Origin: the human T2T-CHM13v2.0 reference genome, Homo sapiens
Length of the DNA: 64,000 bases
Assembly: GCF_009914755.1 (NCBI RefSeq)
Contig: NC_060940.1
Direction: 5' to 3' (one strand)
Shown in pieces: positions 17,603-36,548 of this stretch (the stretch's first letter is position 1; every line of letters starts with the position of its first letter). The notes beneath the pieces are model-generated. The model did no database searches and had not been told where the DNA came from. It was given only the letters and a program-made list of their open reading frames with translations. A program made the translations under genes and the position numbers.

Positions 17603-18285
17603 AAAAGTTAAACATAAAACCTATAAATGTAAAACTCCTAGAAGAATACATAAGGGGAAAGCTTGGTCATGAAAATTGGTCTTGGCAATGAATTTTTTGA
17701 CATAATATCAAAGGATGAGGCAACAAAAAGCAAGAACATACACATGGTACTACATCCGTGTATCCAAAATATTCCAAACATATTCAAAACAGAACGTGGA
17801 ATAGATGTTTGCACACCCATGTACCCTGCAGCATTACTCCCAAAAGACAATACCTGGAAGCAATCAAAATGTCCCTTTATGGATGAGCAGATTAAACAAA
17901 TGTGGCACACATACACAACAGAACATTACTGAGCCTTAAAAATCAGAGACATTTTGACAAATATTATAATAAGGACAAACCCTGAGGATATTGTTAGGTG
18001 AAATAAGATAGTCAAAAAGAAAGAGACACTGTTTGATTACACTTACATAAAGTATCTACAGTAGCCAAACTCATAGAAACATTAGGCAGAATGGTGCTCT
18101 TCAGGAGCTGGAGAGAAGCGTGGAAAGGACAATTTGTTGTTTAATGGGTATTCACTTTGACTTCTGTAAAATAAAAATGATCTACAAACCTCTTGTAAAA
18201 CAATATGACTATACTTAACACTAATAAACTGTACACTTAAAAATGTTTGAGATGACAATTATATGTTTTCACCATTAAAAATTTG
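17603..18285 (+). mobile_element. L1M 3' portion (continuation of the 12100-14611 element)
   Basis: AAAACTCCTAGAAGAATACATAAGGGGAAA and an L1M-type 3'UTR. Confidence 0.65.
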
Positions 18286-20448
18286 GCTACCTAAAAGAGA
18301 TAGTTATAAAATGTTTCAAAAATCACCTTCAAAGAACAAAAGTGTTCCTCTCACATAATTATATAGATCCAAACAATAGATTGTGAATTTAAGATTATTT
18401 CCTAAACTACTTATCTAGAAAGAATAAAGCAATCATTAACAGCTAAGAAAAAAAATACAAGATAAATCATGAACAAAGTAGAGGCAATATTTATACAGAT
18501 GAATAGCACGTAGTATTTTATAAGCAACAGGCATATAGCTAATTCATATATAAATTAAACATTATATTGTCTTAAAGTGTACAGAGTTGAAAATCATCAT
18601 CCAACTCATAATATCAAGGTTGAAAAACAAAAATGCAATTAACTGATCTAAGGAAACCTATCTGAAAAAAAAGAAACACAATCATATGGAATCAATAACA
18701 AGAATAAGAGAAATTTTAGTACATAAAATAATAAATACAACATAGATATTCTATTAAAAAATAATCCTTTAGATATTTGCAGTTATCAACTGTGTGCACC
18801 CATGAAGAACAGGCATTTTGAATCATTGCCATTCAATGAATGGCAGTAAAATGTCACAGAAAATGCATTATAATCACTAATAATTAGCTCTAATGAGAAA
18901 AGTTTAATGAATAAATATTTAAAAGACACTAGGAAAACTTCTTTATCATGTTATCAATATATTGGTGCTATTCTTACACAAAATATAATGGCTATAATAA
19001 AGTCTTTGAAGCTAAGAAAAGCTTTATATTTCCAAATCAAGGAACAACATAAATGTTGCAAAATACGGTGAGAATTGCTAAAATATAAAGTCAGTATTTG
19101 GAATTAAATTATACATCATTTAAATACAAAATGGTTATAAATCTTAATAATTCTTTTTTGCTTGCAGTAAACTTAAACTTATAATCAAACATATTAATAA
19201 ATACATGGTGCCCACTAGTAATCTAATTTACATCTTATACAATGTGCACATTCGAGCATTTTGTTTTGAACTTTTCAATCCAAATATCACAAAATTGATA
19301 TATTTTCAAAAGTGAAACATATAGGATTGGAAACATAAGCAAGATGACAGAATAGGAGGCCCCCATGCATATTTCTCACAACATAATGTGGCAGCCATGC
19401 CTTTATGGGAGCTTTGCGATCCAGGTCAGAATTTCTGATGCCCGGCTGAAGCCCAAGATCAAGGAGGACAATTTGAGGACAAGTCCTTAACTGAAGGGTA
19501 GGCTTGTTGATTATGGTTCTGGACACAAAACAAAAAAATTGCCATATCCCACCGTAGATTTAACTATAGCTCATTTGGCCTTGGTCCTGCTGCTCGAAAA
19601 ATCTGCCAAGAATCCAGGAGGATTCCTTCCCACTTGAGATTCAGGTGACAGGCCTGAAGACCGTGATCCTGTCTGTGGCCCCTGAATAAGGCAAAATCCA
19701 TCTCCATCACTTCTCAGTCATGGTCTGGAAAAAGTTCTGTCCACACAGGGACCCTCAGGGAAAAACATCCATCTGTGCCCCTGGGTGTAGAACTGCCAAC
19801 ACTGACTGGAATGGGAATCCTGAAGTGGCACTGAAACTTTGCTTCAGTTTCATGCAGCCACAGGTCAGGAGTTTTGCTCAACCTGGGACCTGCCTGAAAG
19901 CACACACATCTGTGCCCCTGGAGCTAGACTTGCTGACATTAGTCTCACTGTGAATCTTAAAGTAGCCCTGTAAGTTTGGCTCTACTTTCTGTCAGCCAGG
20001 GTCTGGGAGCAGTTCTGCTCAATGAGAAACCTGGAAGGAGACAAGCCATGGGCCCAGGGCCCATATCCTGCAGCACCCCTGTGAATCAGTTCCAGACCCT
20101 CTCAGCTGTGACCAGGGGTCCCATAAAACCCACTGCAGACCCAGTAGCAGTCATGTGACACAGCTCCAACACACTCAAGTGCAATCTTAGTCAAAATCTC
20201 ATCAGCTCAGGGATCCGAAAGAATAAAGTATTTACTTCCCAAAACTAGTCTATAATGATTGGAAGAGATGTTTGCTCCTTCACATTCAGGGAAATAAACA
20301 TAAGGCTACACAGATTATAAAGAATCAGGCAAACCACCACCACCACCACCAAAGGAAACTAAAAAGCCATAGTAATCATCTCCAAAGAAATGGAGATCTG
20401 AAAGTTGGCTGACAAATAATTCAAAATAATCATCTTAAAGAATTTCAC

Positions 20449-20748
<300 letters not shown>

Positions 20749-22083
20749 CTAAAAAGTTTCATAATACTATATTTGAACAAAATGAGACTTTTAATAGAGA
20801 AATAGAAACCATTAAAAAGAACCAAACAGAAATCTTGGCACTAAAGTGAACAATGGAAGAACTGAAAAAATGTAACAGTTTTAACAAGAGACTCAATCAT
20901 GAAAAAAAAAAAAAAATCAGCAAACTCAAAGACAGGTCATTTGAAAGTAATCAATTAGAAAAAAAATGAAAGCAAGAAGGGAGCATATAGGCTATATATC
21001 ATAAAGTGAACAAATATACATATTTTAGGATTTTCAGAGGAAGAAAGAAACAGGAAAAAAAGATTATTTAAAGATATAATGTCTTAAAATTCCCCAAATC
21101 TGGAAAAGGATATGAACAACCAGTTTCATAAAGCTCAAAATAACTACAGCAAGAAGAACCTAATGAAGATATCCCTGGGACATATTATAATTCAATTGTC
21201 AAAATTCAAAGACAAAGCAAGAATCATGAAAGCAGCATGAGATAAGAGATTCTTCACATACAAGGGAAACTTTATAATGTTATCAGTAGATTTTTTAGCA
21301 GAAACCTTACAGGCCAAATGGGAGTTATACCATATATTCAAAGTGCTGAAAGAAGGAAGATTAAAAAAAAAAGACAACTAAGAAGGCTATATACAACAAA
21401 GCATCTTCTAGAAATAAAAGACAGATGAAGACATTTCAAGGCCCCCCCACCAAAAAAAAAAGTTAAGGGAATTCATCACCACTAGACCTGTCTAGAAATG
21501 CTAAAGGACTAGAGGGAATTACTCAAGTTGAAATGATGAAATGCAAACTAAATATGAAAACATTAAAACTACAAATATTACTGGAAATGGTACATAGTGA
21601 AATTCAGAATACTCGAATACTGTAACGGTGGTACATAAATCACTTTTAATTCTAGTATAAGAACTATAAAACAGAAGTATTTTTTAAAAGTATAGCTGAT
21701 AATTTGTTAATGAATACACAATATAAAAAGTTTTAAAGTGTGACATAGATAATGTAAAATGTGTGAAGGGGAGGAAAGCTGTACAGTTTTTCTATGTATA
21801 AAAGTTGAATTATTATCATCTTAAACTAGACTGTTATATAATGTTTATGTAAGTCTTATAACCACTGGGGAAAAAAAACTGTAGTAGATACATACAATAA
21901 AAAGAGAAAGTAATCAAAGTATATAAAAACAACAAAAACAAGACAAAAAATTAATAAAACCAAAGGGAAGACAGCATAAGAGGAAAAAAGAAACAAATGA
22001 AGTATAAAACAGAAAACAAAATTATAATGGTTACCTATCAATAATTACATATAAAGTGGTTAAATTATCCAATAAACAGACAC

Positions 22084-22461
22084 TGATATAGACTGAATGT
22101 CACTTTCAAAATTTAGGTTAAAATTTAATAGCCATTGTGATAGAATTAAGAAGTGGGACTTTTAATAAGTGATTAGGCCATGAGAGCTCTGCCTGCATGA
22201 ATGTATTAATGTCCTTATCACAGCAGTGGGTTAATTATCACAAGTGTGCATTTGTTATAAAAGGGAGCTCTCTCCCCGTCATGCCTTTGGCTATGTTATT
22301 ATGCAGCATAAAGGTCTTCACCAGATGCCAGTGTCATGCTCTCTGCTTTCCTTGCCTCCAGAATCATAAGCTAAATTAACTTGTATTCCTTATAAATCAC
22401 CCATTTCCTTACAAAATACCCTGTCATATTCTGATATAGCAGCACAAAACAAATTTAAAAC
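22084..22461 (+). mobile_element. MaLR LTR (MST-like)
   Basis: GTGATTAGGCCATGAGAGCTCTGCC, CACCAGATGCCAG, CCTCCAGAA, TATAGCAGCACAAAAC motifs. Confidence 0.8.
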
Positions 22462-23498
22462 AGAGAGTGGCTGAATGAATTTTTGAAAATCCAGTGACAG
22501 GTTGCTTACAAGAGACTCACTTTTGATTTAAGGACAAACCTAGGCTAAAAGTGAAAGAACTGGAAAGGATATTCCATACAAATGGTAAACAAAAGAGTGC
22601 AGGCAGGGGTAGTTATACTTACCTTAAATAAAACGGGCTGTCTGACAAAATCTGTCACAAGAGACAAAGGAGTTAACTATATAATAATAGAGAGGTTAAT
22701 TTGTCCAGAGGTTAGAACAATTAAATAGATATACGCACCCAACACTGGAATACCTAAATATATAAAGCAAACATTAACAGAACTGGAAAGAGAAATATAC
22801 AGAAATACAATAAAAGAGAACATTAGTACCCTACTTAAAATGGATAGATCATTCAAGCACAAAATTAAGAAAACAGTGCACTCATATAATACTATAGACT
22901 AATTATACATATAACATCCCATCCAACAATATGAGAATACACAGTCTTCTAAGAATACATGAAATATTCTCCAGGATAGATGACATGTTAAACCAAAAGT
23001 AAAAAACAGTAAGTCTTTTCAAATTTATAAAGATTAAAATTATATCAAGTTTTTTTTCTGATTGCACTGATATAAAACTGAAAATCAATAGCAGGAAGAA
23101 AACTGGAAACTCACAAATATGTGAATATTAAACAATACACTCCTGAAAAATCAATGGGTTAAAGAAGAAATCAAAAGACAAATCAAAACATATCCTGAGA
23201 CAAATGAAATTGGAAACACAAACCAAAACTTCTGGGATGCAACCAAAACAGTTCTAATACAGAAGTTTATAATAATAAAGTCCTACATTAAGAAGAAAAA
23301 GATGTTGAATAAAAAATCTAACTCTAATCCTCTAGAAACTTGAACAAGAAGAACAAAATAATCCCAATGTTAGCATAATTATGGAAATAGTAAGAATTAG
23401 AACAAAAAGAGACTAAATAGAAAGACAATAGAAAAGATCAAAGAAACTGAGTTGAATTTTTTAAAGAAAACAAAATTGAGAAACTTTTGGCCAGATTA

Positions 23499-23854
<356 letters not shown>

Positions 23855-24160
23855 TCATTGCAACTGACAACACACAAATACAAAGAATAATAACAGACTA
23901 CTATGAACAATTATATGACAACAAATTGGATAACTTAGAAATAGATTCTTAGAAATGAATGACTCACCAAGATTAAATCACAAAAAACAGAAATACTGAA
24001 CAGACCAATAATAAGAAAGGAGATTGAAGCAGTAATAAAAAATCCAATGAGAAAAAGCCCATGACCAAATGACTTCATGGGTGAATTGCATCAAACATTT
24101 AAAGATGAATTAATGTCCATCCTTCTCAAATTCTTCCAAAAAATTGAAGGGAAAAAACAC

Positions 24161-24400
24161 TGCCCCTTAGTTTGCATGTAATGAAAAGTGGGTATATAAG
24201 TACATGACTGCAGAACTGCTCCTCTCAGCACACTGCCTACAGGGGAGCCTCGCTCCACAGGAGCACTCATAGAGCTGCAACACTGCCAGCTCAATAAAGC
24301 TGTTTTCTTCTACCACTATCTTGCACTTGAATTCTTCCTGAGTGAAGCCGTGAACCTTCCCAGGATAAGCCCCAATTTGGCGGCTCACAAGCCCTGCAAC
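24161..24400 (+). mobile_element. 3' half of an ERV1-class LTR (LTR9/MER61-like)
   Basis: TATATAA box, CAATAAAGCTGTTTTCTTCTACCAC, ends CCCTGCAACA; 5' half missing. Confidence 0.65.
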
Positions 24401-24738
24401 AAGAGCAATTAGGTAAGAAAAAGAAATCAAAGGCACTCACATTGGCAATGAAGAATTAAAATTCTATCTGCTTGCAGATTAGGTGATTTTATATATAGAA
24501 AACCCTGAAGAGTATACACAAAGAGTTAGAGCTAATAAACTCATTCAGTAAAGCTGAGGTCACAAAATTAACATACAAAAATTAGTTGCATTTCTATATA
24601 CTAACAATAAATGATCTGAGAAAAAAAGTTAAGCAAACAATCCAATTTATAATAGCATCAAAAAGTATAAAATTCTTATGATTCCATTTAACAAAGGAGG
24701 TGAAAGATCTGCTGAGTAAAATCTATAAGACATTGATG

Positions 24739-25090
<352 letters not shown>

Positions 25091-25481
25091 TCATGGACTG
25101 GAAAAATTAATACTGATGAAATGTCCACACTACACAAAGTGATCTACAGATACAATGTAATCCCTGTTAAAATTCCAATATCAGTTTTCACAGAAATAAA
25201 AATGAATTCTAAAATTTATTTTATTTTTTTTTAATTTTTTAATTTTTAATTTTTTTATTTTTTAAATTTTTTAAATTATACTTTAAGTTTTAGGGTACAT
25301 GTGCACAATGTGCAGGTTAGTTATGTATGTATACATGTGCCATGCTGGTGTGCTGCACCCATTAACTTGTCATGTAGCATTAGGTATATCTCCTAATGCT
25401 ATCCCTCCCCCCCCTACCCCCACCCCACAACAGTTCCCAGAGTGTGATGTTCCCCTTCCTGTGTCCATGTGTTCTCATCAT

Positions 25482-29327
<3,846 letters not shown>

Positions 29328-29390
29328 TATGATGTTAGCTGGTTATTTTGCTCGTTAGTTGATGCAGTTTTTTCCTAGCCTCGATGGTCT

Positions 29391-30407
29391 TTACATTTTG
29401 GCATGATTTTGCAGTGGCTGGTACCAATTGTTCCTTTCCATGTTTAGTGCTTCCTTCAGGAGCTCTTTTAGGGCAGGCCTGGTGGTGACAAAATCTCTCA
29501 GCATTTGCTTGTCTGTAAAGGATTTTATTTCTCCTTCACTTATGAAGCTTAGTTTGGCTGGATATGAAATTCTGGGTTGAAAATTCTTTTCTTTAAGAAT
29601 GTTGAATATTGGCCCCCACTCTCTTCTGGCTTGTAGAGTTTCTGCCGAGAGATCCGCTGTTAGTCTGATGGGCTTCCCTTTGTGGGTAACCCGACCTTTC
29701 TCTCTGGCTGCCCTTAACATATTTTCCTTCATTTCAACTTTGGTGAATCTGACAATTATGTGTCTTGGAGTTGCTTTTCTCGAGGAGTATCTTTGTGGCA
29801 TTCTCTGTATTTCCTGAATCTGAATGTTGGCCTGCCTTGCTAGATTGGGGAAGTTCTCCTGGATAATATCCTACAGAGTGTTTTCCAACTTGCTTCCATT
29901 CTCCCTGTCACTTTCAGGTACACCAATCAGATGTAGATTTGGTCTTTTCACATAGTCCCATATTTCTTGGAGGCTTTGTTCATTTCTTTTTATTCTTTTT
30001 TCTCTAAACTTCCCTTCTCTCTTCATTTCATTCATTTCATCTTCCATCACTGATACCCTTTCTTCCAGTTGATCACATTGGCTCCTGAGGCTTCTGCATT
30101 CTTCACGTAGTTCTCGAGCCTTGGCTTTCAGCTCCATCAGCTCCTTTAAGCACTTCTCTGTATTGGTTATTCTAGTTATACATTTGTCTAAATTTTTTTC
30201 AAAGTTTTCAACTTCTTTGCCTTTGGTTTGAATTTCCTCCTGTAGCTCGGAGTAGTCTGATGGTCTGAAGACTTCTTCTCTCAACTCATCAAAATCATTC
30301 TCCATCCAGCTTTGTTCCGTTGCTGGTGAGGAGCTGCGTTCCTTTGGAGGAGGAGAGGTGCTCTGCTTTTTAGAGTTTCCAGTTTTGCTGCTCTGTTTTT
30401 TCCCCAT
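29391..30407 (-). pseudogene. L1 ORF1 with one premature stop
   Basis: 1017 nt (338 codons plus stop) in one frame; single CAG>TAG at 29871-29873. Confidence 0.9.
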
Positions 30408-30990
30408 CTTTGTGGTTTTATCTACTTTTGGTCTTTGATCATGGTGATGTACAGATGGGTTTTTGGTGTGGATGTCCTTTCTGTTTGTTAGTTTTCCTTC
30501 TAACAGACAGGACCCTCAGCTGTAGGTCTGTTGGAGTTTGCTAGAGGTCCACTCCAGACCCTGTTTGCTTGGGTACCAGCAGCGGTGCCTGAAGAACAGC
30601 GGATTTTCGTGAACCGCTAATGCTGCTGTCTGATCGTTCCTCTGGAAGTTTTGTCTCAGAGGAGTACCCGGCCGTGTGAGGTGTCAGTCTGCCCCTACTG
30701 GGGGGTGCCTCCCAGTTAGGCTGCTCGGGGGTCAGGGGTCAGGGACCCACTTGAGGAGGCAGTCTGCCCGTTCTCAGATCTCTAGCTGCGTGCTGGGAGA
30801 ACCACTGCTCTCTTCAAAGCTGTCAGACAGGGACATTTAAGTCTGCAGAGGTTACTGCTGTCTTTTTGTTTGTCTGTGTTCTGCCCCCAGAGGTGGAGCC
30901 TACAGAGGCAGGCAGGCATCCTTGAGCTATGGGGGGCTCCACCCAGTTCGAGCTTCCTGGCTGCTTTGTTTACCTAAGCAAGCCTGGGCA

Positions 30991-31173
30991 ATGGTGGGCA
31001 CCACTCCCCCAGCCTCGCTGCCACCTTGCAGTTTGATCTCAGACTGCTATGCTAGCAATCAGCGAGACTCAGTGGGCGTAGGACCCTCCGAGCCAGGTGT
31101 GGGATATAATCTCCTGGTGCGCCGTTTTTTAAGCCCATCGGAAAAGCGCAATATTGGGGTGGGAGTGACCTGA
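30991..31173 (+). CDS. L1 antisense ORF0, C-terminally shortened (60 aa)
   Basis: MVGTTPPASLPPCSLISDCYASNQRDSVGVGPSEPGVGY... matches recalled ORF0; CGA>TGA ends it early. Confidence 0.7.
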   Translation: MVGTTPPASLPPCSLISDCYASNQRDSVGVGPSEPGVGYNLLVRRFLSPSEKRNIGVGVT

Positions 31174-31336
31174 TTTTCCAGGTGCTGTCTGTCACCCCTT
31201 TCTTTGACTAGGAAAGGGAACTCCCTGACCCCTTGCGCTTCCTGAGTGAGGCAATGCCTCGCCCTGCTTTGGCTCCCGCACGGCACGCTGCACTCACTGT
31301 CTTGCGCCCACTGTCTGGCACTCCCTAGTGAGATGA

Positions 31337-31760
<424 letters not shown>

Positions 31761-31863
31761 CATAATATTTAATATTTATTGATATTATAACATGCATACA
31801 GAATTGCATGCATGCACAAAGCATTTATGTAAAGGTCCATGTATAATTAGAAAGTAAATACCA

Positions 31864-32215
31864 ACCGGGCACGTTGACTCATGCCTGTCATCCCAGCACT
31901 TTGGGAGGCTGAGGCAGGTGGATCATCTGACTTCTGGAGTTTGAGACCAGCCTGGACAATATGGTGAAACCCTGTCTTTACTAAAAGTACAAAATTAGCT
32001 GGGCGCATGCCTGTAGTCCCAGCTACTCAGGAGGCTGAGACAGGATAATCACGTGATCCCAGGAGGCGGAAGTTGCAGTGAGCTGAGCTTGCACCACTGC
32101 ACTCCAGCCTGGGCGATAGAGTGAGACTCCGTTTCAAAGAAAAAGAAAGAAGAAAAGAAAGAAAGAAGAAATGGAAAGGAAGGAAGAATGGAAGGAAGAA
32201 AGAGGGAGGGAAGAG
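31864..32215 (+). mobile_element. Alu with purine-rich (GAAA/GGAA)n tail
   Basis: Dimer followed by about 80 bp of purine repeat. Confidence 0.9.
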
Positions 32216-32387
32216 ACAAATCTTCCTGACAGAGGAATTTCAACAATTAAGTTGAAATATAGTTTAGTGTTTGTGTAGAGATTTTGATTCTTGCAATACC
32301 CCGTATCTTTCCCAAAGTTACTTGGGTCAGGACTTTTCATCTCCAACCCCGGTGAAATAGTCAGTATGTCATACATTTGGAATATAG

Positions 32388-32817
<430 letters not shown>

Positions 32818-33000
32818 TAGAGTCATCTTTCACCACTGGAGTACCACACAGAACTTTTTTTCACCCACCAAATTTCTTTTATGCTGTCCCTTTCAGTAAA
32901 CAACTTTCCCCATCCCTTCCTTTCGCCACTACTGCTCATTTTCCATCTCTATAATTTTGCTCTTTCTTACAATGCTCTATAAATAGATTTACATAATTTA

Positions 33001-33330
33001 CAGTTGTCTCTCAGTATATATGGTGGATTTTTTCAAATCCCTGCAAATATGAAAATCTGTAGATGCTCAATGCCTTATATAAAATGGTACACTATTTTTA
33101 TATAACCTATGCACATGAACTTTAAGTCATATCTAGGCTACTTATAATACCTAATGCAATGTAAATGCTATGTCAGTAGTTGTTATACTGATATTGTTTA
33201 GGGGATTCTAACAAGAAAAATAACTCTATAGATTTAGTATGGATGCAAGCATCATAGGCCTAATTAATTTTTGATCCTTGGTTGGTTGAATCCAAGAATA
33301 CAAACTTCATGGATACAGAGGGCTGAATAT
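33001..33330 (+). mobile_element. MER2-type MITE (TcMar-Tigger)
   Basis: Degenerate TIRs CAGTTGTCTCTCAGTAT / GGATACAGAGGGCTGA, TA flanks, internal TACTTATAATACCTAATGCAATGTAAATGCTATG. Confidence 0.75.
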
Positions 33331-33374
33331 ACAGCTTTTTGGATCTGAGTTCCTTCACTTCAAAAATTGAATTG

Positions 33375-34612
33375 TTCATCAGTGACATTGGCTGAATTTT
33401 TCTTTTTCGGTTGTGTCTCTGCCAGGTTTTGGTATCAGGATGTTGCTGGCAATAGAATGAGTTAGGGAGGAGTTCCTCCTTTTTAATTTTTTTTAGAATA
33501 ATTTCAATAGTAATAGTACAAGCCCTTCTTTCTATGTCTGTGGAACTCAGCTGTGAATCTGTCTGGTCCTGATCTTTTTCTGGTTGGTAGGCTTTTTATT
33601 ACTGATTCAATTTCAGAAGCCATTATTGATCTGTTCAGGGTTTCAATTTCTCCCTGGTTCAATCTTAAGAGGTTGTATGTTTCCAGGCATTTATTTGTTT
33701 CTTCTAGGTTTTCTAGTTTGTGTGCACAGAGTTGTTCATGGTAGCCTCTGAGAGTTTTTGTATTTCTGTGGAGTCAGGGGTACAGTCCTCTTTGTAATTT
33801 CTGATTGTGTTTATTTGGATCTTCTCTTTTTTTCATTAGTCTAGCTAGTGGGCTATCAATCTTATTTATTCTTTCAAATAACCAACTTCTGGTTTCATTG
33901 CTCTTTTGTACAGTTTTTCATGTCTCAATTTCATTTGGTTCAGCTCTGATTTTGGTTATTTCCTGTCTTGTTAGTTTTGAGTTTGGTTTGCTCTTGTTTT
34001 TCTAGTTCTTCTAGTTGTGATGTGAAGTTGTTAATTCGAGATATTTCTAACTGACGTGTGCATTTAGTGCTTTAACCTTTCCTCTTAACATTGCTTTAGC
34101 TGTGTCCCTGAGTTTCTGGTATGTTGTATCTTTGTTGTCATTGTTTCAAAGAAATTCTTGATTCTTGCCTTAATTTCATTGTTTACCCAGAAATCTTTCA
34201 GGAGCATGTTGTTAATTTCCATGTAATTGTATAATTCTGAGCATCTTCTTAGTGCTGATTTCTATTTTTACTGTGCTGTGGTCCAGGAGTGTGGTTGGTA
34301 TAATTTCATTTTTTGAATTTGCTGAGAATTGTCTTATGGCCGATTGAAAGGTTGATTCTAGATTATGTGCCATGTGAAGAATGTATATTCTGTTGTTTTG
34401 GGGTGGAGAGTTCTGTGGATGTCTGTTAGGTCCAATTGGTCAAGTGTCGAGTTCAGGTTCCAAACATCTTTGCTACTTTTTTGCCACTGTGATTTCTCTA
34501 ATACTGTCAGTGGGGGTGTCGAAGTCTCCCACTCTTATTGTCTGCTTATCTAAGTCTCTTCATAGGTCCCTAAGAGCTTGTTTTATGAATCTGAGTGCTC
34601 CTGTGTTGGATG
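33375..34612 (-). mobile_element. L1 ORF2 internal fragment
   Basis: Clear homology to the 27700-28980 region of the L1PA3-like copy, but more diverged. Confidence 0.85.
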
Positions 34613-34805
34613 CGAGAACTTATTATTTTCAGTGAGAGTGTTTGTTCAAAAAGCGACTCCGCCCTTACCTGAGCCAGAAACTCTGCTTTGTCTGCTATTT
34701 TGTTAAAGAAATGAAATGAGATAGCATGTATACTTTTGCATCTGGCTTCTTAGTGTAACATTATGTTTGTGATATTTATCCACTGTATTCATTTTTTAAA
34801 AGGTA

Positions 34806-35254
34806 CAGGCATACCACAAATTATTGCACGTTCAGTTTCAGCCCAGCACAACAAAGTGAATATTGCAATAAAGCAAGTCACATGCATTTTTTGTTTTCCA
34901 GTGCATATAAATTATGTTTACAAGATACTATAGTCTGTTAAGTGTACAATAGCATTATGTCCAAAAAAGTACACTCCTTAGTTTAAAATACTTCATTGCT
35001 AAAAAGTGCTAATGAACATCTGAGCCTTTGGCAAGTCACAATATTTTTCCTGGCTGAGGGTCTCTCCTTGATGTTGATGGCTGTGAATCAGGGTGGTTGT
35101 TGCTGAAGGTTGGGTTCTGTGGCAATTTCTTAAAATAAGACAGCAATAAAATTTGCCATACCAATTGACTCTTTCTTTCACCCAAGAGTTCTTTGTAACA
35201 TGCAATGCTGTTTGATAGCCTTTACACAGAGTAGAACTTCTTTCAAAATTGGAG
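34806..35254 (-). mobile_element. Tigger1 terminal fragment
   Basis: TA|CAGGCATACC terminus and AGTAGAACTTCTTTCAAAATTGGAG. Confidence 0.8.
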
Positions 35255-35255
35255 C

Positions 35256-35408
35256 TAGTCCAGGAGCAGTGGCTCACATCTATAATCCCGGAACTTTGGA
35301 AGGCTGAGGCAGGAAGATTGTTTGAGCCCAAGAGTTCAAGACCAGCCTGGGAAGCATTGGGAGACCCTGTCTCTACAAAAACAATTAAAATTAGACGTGT
35401 GGTGCCCA
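35256..35408 (+). mobile_element. Alu left arm (truncated, old)
   Basis: Left monomer plus linker, then an abrupt switch to L1 5'UTR. Confidence 0.75.
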
Positions 35409-36548
35409 CACTCACACTGGTTGTGGCAGTAGCAGTGGCAGAGCACTGGTGAGGGTGGGCTTGTGAGTGTTTGTGTGTGCGTTCATGCCTGCAATGGCAG
35501 TGGTGTAGTAGGGGTGGATTGCTGGTGTTTGTGCATGCATTTGTGCCGGCAGCAGCAGTGGCACAGTTGTGGGCATTTGTGTGTGTTTTCATGCCAGTGG
35601 TGGTGGCAGAGCAGGGTGCCTGCCCATCAGCAGGGGAAAGGTGTTGGGGTGCACTCACAATGGTGGTGGTCAGGTGCTGTGGGGTGCATGTGTTCACGTG
35701 CCCCAGTGGGGAAGGCAAGGTCCACCCACATGCACTGCACATCAGCAAGGCAGTCGGGGGGAGAGGGTGTTCTTGGGTGAGTTTGTACCAGCAAAGCAGC
35801 AGGCGGAGGCTGTAGTGGGGGTAATCTGTGAGTGGGCTGGTGCATGTTGGCAGTGGTCAGTCTGCTGGAGCTGTCCAACAGTCAGGTTCATTCTTCCGGC
35901 AAAGGAGCTATGATGAGGGCCCCAGGGAAGCACCCTGGTTAGGCATCTGAGGCTGTGCTGCAAATGGGTGCAGCCATGCTGGGTCCTCAGGAGAGGATAG
36001 CAGACAGGAAGGTGCTCAAGCCAGACTGGCCCATTCCACTGCAAGACTGTCTTGCCCTGTCCAGGTATGACAGTAACTCTAAGGCTAAAGTCTCCTAGAA
36101 GAACATTACAAACCTTGGGGGATGGGCATCCTTGGTTGTGGCCCACTGCGGCTATTTCCATGCCAACCCTTCTGGGTTCTGCACGGGCTAGAGTCCAGCC
36201 CTTTCCTCCTATCTAAGCAGTTCTCTCTGCCAGCTCAAGTGTTTGTGAGGGTTGTAGTACCTCCTACTTCTAGAATTCCAGAGGTCTGCGGTGAGAGTGG
36301 GTCACTCTTCACTTGCTCAACCCACCTGTTTTCAAGAGTCACCGGGGGCCAGGAATGAGTTCCAATGCTCAGCAGCCCTGTGCAGCATTCCCAGAATCCT
36401 CCCGCTTCAGCCCAGCATCTGTGTTCTCCCTCCAACAACTCTCAATGCCTTCCCTCCAAAGATCGGCTCAAAGTGTGCCCGTCTTCCTGATGTCCTGGTC
36501 TCTCGGTGGGAGATGTTCCTCCTTGCACCCAGTCAGCATTTTGGCTCT
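35409..36548 (-). mobile_element. Old primate L1 5'UTR (L1PA15/16 or L1PB-like)
   Basis: GT-rich degenerate repeats, ends CAGCATTTTGGCTC (reverse of GAGCCAAGATGG-like start). Confidence 0.6.

Noticed and set aside
34999-36161. Several long overlapping ORFs (up to 249 aa)
   Set aside because: They span Tigger, Alu and GT-rich L1 5'UTR sequence, which is stop-poor and low-complexity; no protein-family motif
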